From Pyrodictium abyssi (lineage in GTDB: Archaea; Thermoproteota; Thermoprotei_A; Sulfolobales; Pyrodictiaceae), in the NCBI RefSeq assembly GCF_036323395.1, contig NZ_AP028907.1:1350001-1382000 (forward strand): a DNA stretch of 32,000 nt. Direction: 5' to 3'. The notes beneath the pieces are model-generated. The model worked only from the letters and a program-made list of their open reading frames with translations. It was not told the DNA's origin and made no database searches. The position numbers and the translations under genes are program-made. This document shows positions 16,390 to 25,525 of this stretch, one piece after another (within the stretch, counting starts at the first letter, position 1; each line of letters starts with the position of its first letter).

Positions 16390-17220
16390 TTGAATGCCCC
16401 GAGGAGGCTGTTCACCTCTTGGGGTGACATGGAGCTGAAAATAGGCCTGGTCCTGGCTGGGGGCGAGGGTAGAAGGTTTGGCGGTGATAAGCTCCTAGCT
16501 CTTGTCGACGGCGTGGCCTCGGTGGCGCGTGTCGCCAGGGCTCTCCGCGGGGCTGGAGCCGAGCTGGTGTACGCTGCTGTCCGGGAGGAGCGCCGCTGTA
16601 AGCTATACATGGAGGCTGCTGGGCTGGATGGCTGCGTCTACGACCCCTCGTGGCTAGGCTGCGGCGGCCCGGCCGCCGCGTTTGCGGGGCTAGAGGGGCT
16701 CCGGGGGGATACGCTGTTCGCAGCGCCGGGCGATATGCCTTGGCTGGAGCCGGGGGTCCTGGAGAAGCTGGAGGCGTTCATGGACGAGGCTGGAGGCGAG
16801 GCCGCGTTACCGCTCCACGAGGGCGGGTTCCTGGACACGCTGGTGGCGGCCATACGCTGGAGCCTCGTGGAGCGGCTTCCCGGGGTGCTCCGGGGGCTCT
16901 GCGGGCTGCGGGGCGAGCTCCGGGCTAGCGACCCCTACCGGGCCGCGGGGAGGCTCGTGCTAGTCGGCTCCGGGCTCCTAGCGTCGAGCCCGGTGGTCTT
17001 CTCCCATATTAATAGCCGGGAGCTGCTTAGGACGCGTGAGCCCAAGAGCCCTCTTGGCCCCAAGCATGTTATTGCTGTAGAGCCCCGGTTTAGCCTCCCA
17101 GCATCTAGAGACTTGCTGTGTAGGCGGTTGGCCCGGGAGATGGAGGAGTACCAGAGGTTTGGAGTGGCGCATCTGTTGAAGCACGCCAGCAGGGATTGGA
17201 GCATGTTCTGTGGCCTGTAG
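16390..17220 (+). CDS. mobA: MobA-like molybdopterin cofactor nucleotidyltransferase
   Basis: 'IGLVLAGGEGRRFGGDKLLALVDGVASVARV...AAPGDMPWLEPGVLEKL...HINSREL'; start probably an internal ATG at 16429 (MELKIGLVLAGG). Confidence 0.75.
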   Translation: MNAPRRLFTSWGDMELKIGLVLAGGEGRRFGGDKLLALVDGVASVARVARALRGAGAELVYAAVREERRCKLYMEAAGLDGCVYDPSWLGCGGPAAAFAGLEGLRGDTLFAAPGDMPWLEPGVLEKLEAFMDEAGGEAALPLHEGGFLDTLVAAIRWSLVERLPGVLRGLCGLRGELRASDPYRAAGRLVLVGSGLLASSPVVFSHINSRELLRTREPKSPLGPKHVIAVEPRFSLPASRDLLCRRLAREMEEYQRFGVAHLLKHASRDWSMFCGL

Positions 17221-17453
17221 CCGGGGGTACGCAGTGTCTGTCCCGGCTTCTGTGCAGCTGTTGGCCCTTGGTTTTGTACTGTTCCGTCCCAGTGCATGTA
17301 TTCGCTAGCTACACGTCTATGTCCACTTGGTTATCATGTCCTTGGGTACCTGGACCACAACACATATTCACAAATGCATCGTGATGTTCTATCTTTGAGG
17401 CACTGTAGTGTGGCCGTGTTTGCTCTACCCGTGTCGTGTGAGGTCAATGTGCT

Positions 17454-18386
17454 ATGGACGACATACATGGTGGTAGGAGCGCGCTTTTGCGCAGCAAGCT
17501 TCCCGAGATAGAGGGGTGGATTGAGAGGCTCTCAGAGCAGGATCATAGGAATGCACAATCATATCGTGTGCTACGGGCGCTGTATAGGGCGCAGGCACGC
17601 ATCGAGGAGGAGGCTCTGCGTCGTCTAGAGGAGTCTGGGCTAGTCGAGGAGGTGGCTAAGGCAGCGCGTAGGATAGCCTTCCAGCGTCTACCACTCATCG
17701 TGATCCTGGGTGGACTCCCCGAGCCTCTTATGGATGAGGAGTTTCTGCGCCGTTCGATGCTCGAGATAATGGATGCTGTGGAGAAGGAGGGCTATAGCCT
17801 TGAGGGCGCTGCGGCGTCTCTCCGCGAGCCCGTTGAGAAGGCCGCGCTGAGCCTCTCCCGGCTGGTCGGGGAGCTGTTAGAGGGCCGGGAGGATAGCATC
17901 CACGCGTGGGCGGGCGCTGTCTCCGCAGACCGGGACCGGGTTCGGGCGCTAGCCCTATGGCTCATCCAGCCCTTGCTTAGCGCGCTGCGCGTAGCCGCCA
18001 GCGGCGCGCTGGGCTGGGTCCGGGAGTACTGGCAGCAGGGTCTCTGCCCGGTCTGTGGCTCGGCTACACGCGTCGGGTACATGAGGGGGGAGGGCCGTCG
18101 ACGGTTCCTCCGCTGCCAGGTCTGCGGAATGGAGTGGGTATTCCCCCGCGCTCGGTGCCCCTACTGTGGAGCCGACAGCCCGGGCGATGTGGTGTTCTAC
18201 CGGCCTCTCGAGTCTAGGCAGTGGCTGCGGCTCTACCGCTGCCGCCGCTGCGGGGCCTACTGGAAGATAGTAGACGAGGAGGACGAGGCCGCCGCTGAGA
18301 GGGGGCTGCCTCCGAGAGAACTGTATGACGCTTACACGTTCGTGCTCGACGCGGTAGCCGAGATGCTTGCCTCTAAGAGACGATAG
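17454..18386 (+). CDS. fdhE: FdhE-like formate dehydrogenase accessory protein
   Basis: Four CxxC motifs: 'LCPVCGSATRVGYMRGEGRRRFLRCQVCGMEWVFPRARCPYCGA...LYRCRRCGAYWKIVDE'. Confidence 0.8.
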   Translation: MDDIHGGRSALLRSKLPEIEGWIERLSEQDHRNAQSYRVLRALYRAQARIEEEALRRLEESGLVEEVAKAARRIAFQRLPLIVILGGLPEPLMDEEFLRRSMLEIMDAVEKEGYSLEGAAASLREPVEKAALSLSRLVGELLEGREDSIHAWAGAVSADRDRVRALALWLIQPLLSALRVAASGALGWVREYWQQGLCPVCGSATRVGYMRGEGRRRFLRCQVCGMEWVFPRARCPYCGADSPGDVVFYRPLESRQWLRLYRCRRCGAYWKIVDEEDEAAAERGLPPRELYDAYTFVLDAVAEMLASKRR

Positions 18387-18404
18387 TCCGAGAGGGATGT
18401 AGCT

Positions 18405-18566
18405 GTGTCGGAAGAGGGTGGCTTCGTGGAGGAGATGCCCGAGGACTTCTACGCCGCCGAGGAGCTCGAGCTCGGCAGGCTATCCAAGTGCAAGGGCCTC
18501 GGGAAGAAGCGGAAGAAGAAAACCGTGGACAGAGTGCTCGAGGGAGAGGGACAGGGCCCCGGGTAG
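18405..18566 (+). CDS. Small 53-aa protein, below the ORF-track cutoff
   Basis: GTG start; 'VSEEGGFVEEMPEDFYAAEELELGRLSKCKGLGKKRKKKTVDRVLEGEGQGPG*', placed between fdhE and the 18579 ORF. Confidence 0.5.
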   Translation: MSEEGGFVEEMPEDFYAAEELELGRLSKCKGLGKKRKKKTVDRVLEGEGQGPG

Positions 18567-18578
18567 CCGGAGGGAGCA

Positions 18579-19151
18579 TTGTTGACTCTCCCAGGGCTCC
18601 GCGAGGCCGCCGTAGACGCGCCGAGGCGCAGCGAGGGCATCCTAGGAGTGCTAGAGGAGGCCGCAGACAGGATAGCCGGTGCAGCGAAGGCCGCTACGCC
18701 GCCGAGGGTAGCCGCTGTCTACGCGATGCTCGCGTCCGCAGGGGCGCTGCCAGTAGCCCTGAGGGGCGGGCCTCCGCCGCTTAGCCCGGTACAGTACGCC
18801 GACTTCGCCACTGAAGTGATAGCGCGGCTCGAGACTGCCGGGCTCTACGAGGAGGCTAGGCCCCTCCGGCGCGCCCTCATGTCGGGGAGGCTGCCGGTCT
18901 ACGACCTTGCCCGCAGCTACCTGCTCGGAGACCTGGACTTCGTTGCCTCGGTGTCGAGGGAGCTAGGGGCCGCCGAGTGGCTCGTCAGGATCCTCGCCGC
19001 CACTGTTGCCGCCGGCTCCGCTAGGGCTGTTCGCGCGCTACTAGAGGAGCGTGGGAGCCTGCCCGCCCCGGCCCGGGAGGCAGTGTGCCCGGTATGCGGC
19101 AGACCCCTAGCCGGTGGACAGTGCAGCTTCTGTCTCTACGCCCGGAGGTAG
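18579..19151 (+). CDS. Uncharacterised helical protein with C-terminal zinc-ribbon-like 'CPVCGRPLAGGQCSFC'
   Basis: TTG start; in the fdhE gene string; open across the full length. Confidence 0.6.
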   Translation: MLTLPGLREAAVDAPRRSEGILGVLEEAADRIAGAAKAATPPRVAAVYAMLASAGALPVALRGGPPPLSPVQYADFATEVIARLETAGLYEEARPLRRALMSGRLPVYDLARSYLLGDLDFVASVSRELGAAEWLVRILAATVAAGSARAVRALLEERGSLPAPAREAVCPVCGRPLAGGQCSFCLYARR

Positions 19152-19215
19152 CCAATGCTGTAGCGTATATTATATCCCCCATAGCTGCCCCTGGGCGGGC
19201 GAAGGGTGTACCACC

Positions 19216-20610
19216 ATGGTTGTCCGCGTCGCGGTAATCGGCGGCGGCGCAGCCGGCATGGCTGCCGCTAGCCGAGTTAAGAGGCTGCTGGGTGACAAGG
19301 CAGAGGTCACAGTCTTCGAGAAGGGGAGCTGGGTCAGCTTCGCCCTCTGCGGGACACCTTACTACCTCGGCTGCCGGGTCCCAACCCTCGACATGCTGGT
19401 CCACTACCCTCTCGAAGAGTTTACGCGCCGCCGCGGGATAGACGTCAGGCTGAAGACAATCGTCACCGAGGTGGACCCCGAGGCGAGGAGGCTCCGCTAC
19501 CGCAGCCTCGGTACAGGCGAGGAGGGGGAGTACGAGTACGACTACCTCGTCCTAGCTACCGGCGCCCGGCCCCGTGTCCCCGGCGAGCGGCTCCGCTACC
19601 GCAACGTTTACACCCTCCACAGCCTTGGGGATGCGGACCGCCTCCGCGCAGCAGCCGTGAGGAATGATGTAAAGCGGGTAGTAGTCATAGGGGGCGGCTA
19701 CACCGGGGTAGAGGCGGCCGAGAACCTTGCCAGGCTCGGCCGCAGGGTAATCCTGGTGCACAGCGGCGAGTGGCTTCTCAACAAGATGCTGGACCGCGAC
19801 ATGGCCGGCGAGCTTAATGAGAGGGCCCAGGCAGCCGGCATAGAGCTTGTGCTCGGCCGGAGGGTTGCCAGCATAGAGGGCTCCGGCGACATAGCTGTGA
19901 GCGCTGTCCTAGACAACGGCGAGCGTATAGATGGCGACCTCTTCCTAGCCGCCAGCGGCATTGAGCCCAACACCGTGCTCGCCGAGAAGATGGGCCTAAG
20001 GATAGGCGAGACGGGGGCTGTGTGGACGGACGAGAGGATGCGCACAAGCCTCGACGGCGTGTACGCTGTGGGCGACGTGGCTGAGACACGTGACCTGGTG
20101 ACCGGCGGGCGGGTCTGGTGGCCCTTCGCGCCAGCCGCCAACAAGATGGGCTTCGTGGCCGGGACCAACATAGCTGGAGGCGAGGCCGTGTTCCCCGGCG
20201 TGGTGCGTACGAGCGCTCTAGGCGCCTTCGGGCTCTACGTGGCTGCGACGGGCCTTAGCGAGGAGGAGGCTCGACGCCGAGGCTTCGACGCCGTCTCCGC
20301 CAGGGTCAAGGCGCCTGTCCGGGCCCGCTATATGGGCGAGCCCGGCGAGATACTCCTCAAGGTCGTTGCCGACGCTAGGACCGGGAGGCTGCTCGGCGCC
20401 CAGGCGGTGTCGAGCGACCCTAGCAGCTTCTGGAGAATCAACGTCGTGGCATCGCTGATATGGATGCGTGCTACCGTCTGGGACCTATTCAGCATGGACC
20501 TGGGCTACTGGCCTGGCCTCAACCCGGTCTGGGACCCGCTGACCATAGCTGCTAGGCTGCTCTTTAGGGAACTCGGCACTACGCCGCACGGCAGCCACGG
20601 GCAAGCCTAG
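19216..20610 (+). CDS. FAD-dependent pyridine nucleotide-disulfide oxidoreductase (CoA-disulfide reductase / NAD(P)H:sulfur oxidoreductase-like)
   Basis: 'VAVIGGGAAGMAAASRVKR', 'SFALCGTPYYLG' active-site region, 'LVLATGARPRVPG', 'VVVIGGGYTGVEAAENL', 'GVYAVGDVAE'; ATG at 19216. Confidence 0.9.
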   Translation: MVVRVAVIGGGAAGMAAASRVKRLLGDKAEVTVFEKGSWVSFALCGTPYYLGCRVPTLDMLVHYPLEEFTRRRGIDVRLKTIVTEVDPEARRLRYRSLGTGEEGEYEYDYLVLATGARPRVPGERLRYRNVYTLHSLGDADRLRAAAVRNDVKRVVVIGGGYTGVEAAENLARLGRRVILVHSGEWLLNKMLDRDMAGELNERAQAAGIELVLGRRVASIEGSGDIAVSAVLDNGERIDGDLFLAASGIEPNTVLAEKMGLRIGETGAVWTDERMRTSLDGVYAVGDVAETRDLVTGGRVWWPFAPAANKMGFVAGTNIAGGEAVFPGVVRTSALGAFGLYVAATGLSEEEARRRGFDAVSARVKAPVRARYMGEPGEILLKVVADARTGRLLGAQAVSSDPSSFWRINVVASLIWMRATVWDLFSMDLGYWPGLNPVWDPLTIAARLLFRELGTTPHGSHGQA

Positions 20611-21470
20611 ACCGGGCGCCGAGAGCCGAGGAGCCTTGCTGCTAGAGGCCTAGACAGCGCAGTGACCACCGTGAAGGCTGCGAACCCCGCCATCCCAGCA
20701 AGGAGCCCCATCTCCTCCAGTACGAGGGCCACTGCCAGCGCTGCGAGCGACACTACGAGGGATAGGAGCCTGACCCGTAGCCTCGGCGTCTCGAGGGACT
20801 CTTGTGCCCCGCCCATCCTGGCCAGCGCGGCGCCCGCGGCTACGAGCCCCGCGTCTATCCCGGTTAGCCGCGCCGCCGCCCCGTAGCCCGGGTCGGCCGC
20901 GAGAGCGGCCGCCGCTAGCGGGAGCCCGGCGAGCCCGAGAAGCAGCGCCGCGGAGGCCGCGCTCCTCCTAGCCGAGGCCTTGTAAGCCACGGCAGCCGCT
21001 GCTACGCCTACTATTATGCCGCCCAGCACGTCACGCGGGTAGTGGACGTTTAGGACTAGCCTTGACGCCGACACCGCTGCCGTATGGACGGCGCCAACCA
21101 AGGCTGCCGGCAGACTCCTGGCGTAGAGGGCCACCATCGTCCAGAAGGCTGCACTCAGCGCTGCGTGGCCGCTGGGGAACGCCGGGCCAGAGGCCTCTAC
21201 GAGCCACGTGTCCTCCGGGGGCCGAGGGAGCCCGGTGAAGACCTTTAGGGCGACCACGATGCTTGAGGCGAGGGCTAGGCCGGATACCAGCCTTATGCCG
21301 AGTGTGCCACTGAGGAGCGAGTAGGCTAGGATACCGATGAGCATGTAGACTGCCTCGTCACCGAGGCGGGTCACGGCCCTACAGTAGCCTATGCTGCCGG
21401 CAGTACACGCGGCTAGCTCCAGCAAGGCGCCCGAGAAAAGAACGAGCCATAGCATACGCTGGCGCATCAA
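20607..21470 (-). CDS. PAP2-family membrane phosphatase
   Basis: 'KVFTGLPRPPE', 'AFPSGHAALSAAFW', 'SASRLVLNVHYPRDVLGGIIVG'. Confidence 0.85.
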   Translation of the reverse strand: MMRQRMLWLVLFSGALLELAACTAGSIGYCRAVTRLGDEAVYMLIGILAYSLLSGTLGIRLVSGLALASSIVVALKVFTGLPRPPEDTWLVEASGPAFPSGHAALSAAFWTMVALYARSLPAALVGAVHTAAVSASRLVLNVHYPRDVLGGIIVGVAAAAVAYKASARRSAASAALLLGLAGLPLAAAALAADPGYGAAARLTGIDAGLVAAGAALARMGGAQESLETPRLRVRLLSLVVSLAALAVALVLEEMGLLAGMAGFAAFTVVTALSRPLAARLLGSRRPV

Positions 21471-22426
21471 CCGGTGTTCCTCCTCGCCGCGCGCTGCTTC
21501 TCTAGGCTCCGCGCTATTATCTCCAGCTGTATATCGCTCGTGCCCTCAGCCGGCTCTAGCGCGTAGAGGTGAAGCAGGAGCTCGGATAGGCCCGTACCCC
21601 TGCGCGCGGCGTGGCCGCCGAACGTGCGGACAGCGGCGTCGGCGGCCGCTAGCCCCGCCTCCACGGCGATGTACTTGGCTGCACTCGTGAGGGCCCAGTC
21701 GAGGCGGCCCCCGCTCTCCAGTGTGTCGGCCGCCTTCTCCACTAGGGCTTTGGCGGCTTCGAGCCCGGCGTAGGCCCGTGCAAGCCGGTGGCTCACAGCC
21801 TGGAAGCGGTAGACGCCCCGGCTAAGCGCCCAATCTACGGCTTTCTCGAGCACAGTGCTTGCCAGGCTCAGGGCGAGCACTGCTACCAGGACGCGGCTCT
21901 CGGCTAGGGAACGGAGCACTGCGAGGTAGGGCTCACGGCCCGGCCCGGCTACGAGCCGGGCCTCCACGTTCTCTAGCCGGAGCCTCGCTACGCCGCTGCA
22001 GCTGTAGGCCTCTAGGTCGAGCGGCTCAGCATGTAGCCCAGAGGCGCCCGGCTCCACGAGGGCCAGTACGTAGCCCTCGCTACTCCGGGCGAAGACTAGT
22101 ATCGCCGAGGCGTAGAGCGCGTTTGTCGCGAACACCTTCTCGCCGGTTATCCTCACTCTGCCGTCGCCCAGCAGCTCGGCGCTGGTCTCTACGCCTGCTA
22201 GGTCGGAGCCGCCGCGGGGCTCGCTGAGCGCGGGGGACAGCAGCCCCTGGGGCGCCTCAGCGCCGAGGCTCGAGAGGATGCGGCGGGAGACACAGTGGCT
22301 CACTAGGCTCATACCCGTACACGGGTCTATGCGCGCCTCCATGACGCGGCGGGCGAGCTTGCCTAGGCTGCTACAGTCTCCCGCCAGCTCGAGGACGCGC
22401 CCTGCGACGCTGCTACCGGTACCCAA
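21467..22426 (-). CDS. Acyl-CoA dehydrogenase-like protein
   Basis: 'ALSEPRGGSDLAGVETSAEL', 'ITGEKVFATNALYASAILVFAR', 'AVDWALSRGVYRFQAVSHRLARAYAGLEAAK', 'AADAAVRTFGGHAARRGTGLSELL'. Confidence 0.75.
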   Translation of the reverse strand: MGTGSSVAGRVLELAGDCSSLGKLARRVMEARIDPCTGMSLVSHCVSRRILSSLGAEAPQGLLSPALSEPRGGSDLAGVETSAELLGDGRVRITGEKVFATNALYASAILVFARSSEGYVLALVEPGASGLHAEPLDLEAYSCSGVARLRLENVEARLVAGPGREPYLAVLRSLAESRVLVAVLALSLASTVLEKAVDWALSRGVYRFQAVSHRLARAYAGLEAAKALVEKAADTLESGGRLDWALTSAAKYIAVEAGLAAADAAVRTFGGHAARRGTGLSELLLHLYALEPAEGTSDIQLEIIARSLEKQRAARRNTG

Positions 22427-22471
22427 GGCGCGTGTTCACCAGTGGTCTTCCAGACCCACGGCCAGGAGACT

Positions 22472-22954
22472 TTAACCCCGCTCTCTGCTGGCGTCGCAGC
22501 CGATTATCTCCGACAAGGCCTCGGCCGCCTTCCGGACAGCCTCGGCCGCCCTGACGGAGAGAGGCGCGCCCAGCTCCACCTTCTCGACGCCGAGGAGCAG
22601 GTAGACGACTCTACGGGCAGCGTCGGCGAGGAGCCTGTGCACAAGCGGCGGGGGAATGCCATGGGTCGAGATGGCGGACCACTCGGGGCCTGGCTCGCCT
22701 TCGTAGACCGCGACCTCCCCCGGCTCTAGGCCGAGAGCTGCATCCACCACTATGAGGAGCTCGGGGCTGTGCACACGTACCACGTGGATACACAGCTCGG
22801 CGCCGCCGGGGCACTCCTCGACGCAGCTGCATCCTTTGACGCGTAGCAGCCGGGCAGCCTCTAGCCCGGCCGCGTCATCTCCCATCAGCGGGTGGCCGAC
22901 GCCGAGGACTAGTATCCTGCACCTACTCTCCGCTGTCTCCTGCAAGCGGGTCAC
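22472..22954 (-). CDS. [NiFe]-hydrogenase maturation endopeptidase (HycI/HyaD family)
   Basis: 'ILVLGVGHPLMGDDAAGLEAARLL...ECPGGAELCIHVVRVHSPELLIVVDAALGLEPG'. Confidence 0.85.
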   Translation of the reverse strand: MTRLQETAESRCRILVLGVGHPLMGDDAAGLEAARLLRVKGCSCVEECPGGAELCIHVVRVHSPELLIVVDAALGLEPGEVAVYEGEPGPEWSAISTHGIPPPLVHRLLADAARRVVYLLLGVEKVELGAPLSVRAAEAVRKAAEALSEIIGCDASRERG

Positions 22955-23312
22955 CGACTAGGCTGCCGCGGCTCGGCGTTGGCGGCGGCACCCTGTTGCT
23001 GACCCGGTACGCGTGGCGCGGGCATATGTCCACGCAGTGATAGCAGAACATGCAGAGGTCGTAGTGCACAACGGGGTACTTGCGGGGCTTCTTGCCCTCC
23101 CCCTGGGACGGGAGGAGCTTCATCTCTATAGCGCCGGATGGACACTCGATGGCGCAGAGACTGCAGCCTATACACTTCTCCACGTCGACTACGTGGAGGC
23201 CGCGGTAGCTGCTACTAGGTGTCGGCCCGGTTCTCACACCGTACTCTATGGTGGCTGGCCTGCGGGCTAGGTTTGATAGGAGCTCGCGGAGCAGGACGAG
23301 CACACGCGCCAC
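22923..23312 (-). CDS. NuoI-like 2x[4Fe-4S] ferredoxin subunit of the group 4 hydrogenase complex
   Basis: 'DVEKCIGCSLCAIECPSGAIEM' and 'HYDLCMFCYHCVDICPRHAYRV'. Confidence 0.9.
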   Translation of the reverse strand: MARVLVLLRELLSNLARRPATIEYGVRTGPTPSSSYRGLHVVDVEKCIGCSLCAIECPSGAIEMKLLPSQGEGKKPRKYPVVHYDLCMFCYHCVDICPRHAYRVSNRVPPPTPSRGSLVGDPLAGDSGE

Positions 23313-24580
23313 TACCTGCCACCCCGCGTGTCTGTCCCTGCGAGGCGTGCTAGCCTGCGTAGGCTCTCTACGCGCTCACGCCCAGTACGCTCGTCAACAA
23401 CGATTATCCTCTCCATGCAGGATATGCACGGGTCAAAGCTAGCCAGTATGACGGGCACGTCGGAGAGCGTCACGCCTCTATACGCTATGAGGCTGTTCAG
23501 TATGTTTGGGAGGCTCGGCGTTCTTATCTTCACCCGGTAGGGCTTAGCACCGCCACGGCTTATGACGTGGTATAGGAGCTCGCCTCTCGGCGCCTCTACC
23601 CTGGAGACCGCCTCTCCCTCACGGAAGCGGCGCGGCGGGACCTTTAGGCTGTTTATCGGGCCACTTGGCAGCTTTTCTAGCACCTGGCGTATCATGTTTA
23701 TCGACTCGAGCATCTCCTCGAAGCGCACCATCATGCGGGCTAGGGAGTCTCCCTCGTTCCTCCTGGCTACGCGGAAGTCTAGCTCGCTATACCACGCGTA
23801 GGGGTCGTCGCGCCGGACGTCGATGTCTACCCCGGAGCCGCGCGCTGTGGGGCCGACGAGCCCGTGCCTTACCGCCTCGCTGTAGGGTATGACGCCCACG
23901 TCTTCCAGGCGGCTGCGTATCAGCTTATCGCTAACATAGACCCCCATGTAGTACCTTATGCGCTGCTCGAGGAAGTCCATGCTGCGCTTTATCTTCTCCG
24001 CTGTCTCGGGGCTTAGGTCGCGGCGGACGCCGCCTGGCCACACGTAGTCGGCTATCACGCGGTTGCCTGTTAGCAGCTCCTTTAGGTGCATAACCCTCTC
24101 ACGGTCCCTCATTATAAGCATGAATAGGCTCTCGAAGCCAATTATCTCCGCGACCACTGCAGCCAGCAGCATGTGGCTGTGCAGCCTCTCGAGCTCCATG
24201 GCCAGAACGCGTAGGGCCTGGGCGCGTGGCGGCGGCTCTATGCCCTGTATCTCCTCGAGGGCCTGGACGTAGCAAGTCGAGTGCATCATGTTGCATATAC
24301 CACAGACGCGTGTTACTATGTAGAGTGTTTTGAGGAACGTGTTGCTCTCCGCCAGCTTCTCTATCCCGCGGTGATTGTAGCCGGTCACCACCTCGACTCC
24401 TACCACGTCCTCGCCGTCAACGCGGACACGTAACATCACAGGCTCGTGTAGGGCTGGGTGCTGCGGCCCTATCGATACCTCTACGACTGGCACGGTTCTG
24501 TCAGCCCTCCTTCCAGTCCTTTCGGAGCGGATACCCCGAGCCGATGTCGGGCGGCGTGAATATCCGGCGGAGGCTCTCAT
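23312..24580 (-). CDS. Group 4 [NiFe]-hydrogenase large subunit (NuoD-like)
   Basis: Both Ni-binding motifs present: 'YIVTRVCGICNMMHS' and 'FDPCISCMERI'. Confidence 0.9.
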   Translation of the reverse strand: MRASAGYSRRPTSARGIRSERTGRRADRTVPVVEVSIGPQHPALHEPVMLRVRVDGEDVVGVEVVTGYNHRGIEKLAESNTFLKTLYIVTRVCGICNMMHSTCYVQALEEIQGIEPPPRAQALRVLAMELERLHSHMLLAAVVAEIIGFESLFMLIMRDRERVMHLKELLTGNRVIADYVWPGGVRRDLSPETAEKIKRSMDFLEQRIRYYMGVYVSDKLIRSRLEDVGVIPYSEAVRHGLVGPTARGSGVDIDVRRDDPYAWYSELDFRVARRNEGDSLARMMVRFEEMLESINMIRQVLEKLPSGPINSLKVPPRRFREGEAVSRVEAPRGELLYHVISRGGAKPYRVKIRTPSLPNILNSLIAYRGVTLSDVPVILASFDPCISCMERIIVVDERTGRERVESLRRLARLAGTDTRGGR

Positions 24581-24980
24581 TGCCCTCGAACACTACTCCC
24601 ATTAGGTCGTAGACCTCCTGCTCGTACGCCGATGCGCCGGGGAGGAGGCCGGCTATGCTGGGGGCACGGGGGTCTGCGCGGGGTACACGGGTCCTCAGCG
24701 TTACGGCAGTCTTCTCGGGGATTACCCAGAATATGTAGTCTAGCTCGATGCTCTCCTCCTGGGGCAGATCCACCGCTGTTATGGCCGATATGTATACCCC
24801 GTCCGGGTAGGCCTCTAGGAGGCTCGCGACAGCCTCTGGTAGGGCCCACGGGTCGTCGATACGCGCTTCTAGGCGGCGGGGCTTCTTCTCGACAAGCTCT
24901 ATCTCGCGGCCTCTAATCTTCAGCAGCCTCTGCTTCAATCTCCTCGGCCTCCTTTCTTGCTCTCTTGAGGAGTTCGACAA
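24501..24980 (-). CDS. NuoC-like subunit
   Basis: 'EAYPDGVYISAITAVDLPQEESIELDYIFWVIPEKTAVTLRTRVPRADPRAPSIAGLLPGASAYEQEVYDLMGVVFEGNESLRRIFTPPDIGSGYPLRKDW'. Confidence 0.9.
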   Translation of the reverse strand: MSNSSREQERRPRRLKQRLLKIRGREIELVEKKPRRLEARIDDPWALPEAVASLLEAYPDGVYISAITAVDLPQEESIELDYIFWVIPEKTAVTLRTRVPRADPRAPSIAGLLPGASAYEQEVYDLMGVVFEGNESLRRIFTPPDIGSGYPLRKDWKEG

Positions 24981-25392
24981 TGCCTTGGATTATCGCGTCG
25001 GGGCGTGGCGGGCAGCCGGGAATGTAGAGGTCCACGGGTACGGCCTTGTCTACTCCCCCGATCACGCTGTAGCTGTGGCGGAACACGTTGCCCGAGATAG
25101 CGCACGTGCCGACCGCTACCACGTACTTGGGGTCCGGGGTCTGCTCGTAGAGCCTCCGGAGCCTCTCAGCAGCCTTCTTTGTCAGGGCGCCGGTGACCAC
25201 TATGATGTCGGCGTGGCGGGGGTTGGGGGCCAGCTTTATGCCGAAGCGTTCTGGGTCGTAGAGGGGCGTTAGAGCTGCTACTACCTCTATGTCGCAGCCG
25301 TTGCACGCACCCGTATTGAAGTGCATTATCCACGGCGAGCGTGTGAGCATCTTTAATGCAAACGCGGTTTTACGGTGCTGCTGGTCTTGCAA
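24913..25392 (-). CDS. NuoB-like / hydrogenase small subunit
   Basis: 'TGACNGCDIEVVAALTPLYD', 'VAVGTCAISGNVF', 'VDLYIPGCPPRPDAIIQGI'. Confidence 0.92.
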   Translation of the reverse strand: MQDQQHRKTAFALKMLTRSPWIMHFNTGACNGCDIEVVAALTPLYDPERFGIKLAPNPRHADIIVVTGALTKKAAERLRRLYEQTPDPKYVVAVGTCAISGNVFRHSYSVIGGVDKAVPVDLYIPGCPPRPDAIIQGIVELLKRARKEAEEIEAEAAED

Positions 25393-25525
25393 GACCTACG
25401 CATACCCCCTTAGACTGTTATAGACGCCTTCATGACTGATTAGGCTTCTCCTGGAAAGACCTGGGTACAGAGCGTCACGGGCCGCGGCCTGGGGCATAGT
25501 GCCTCCCCCAGAGGGCGTTTACCGT

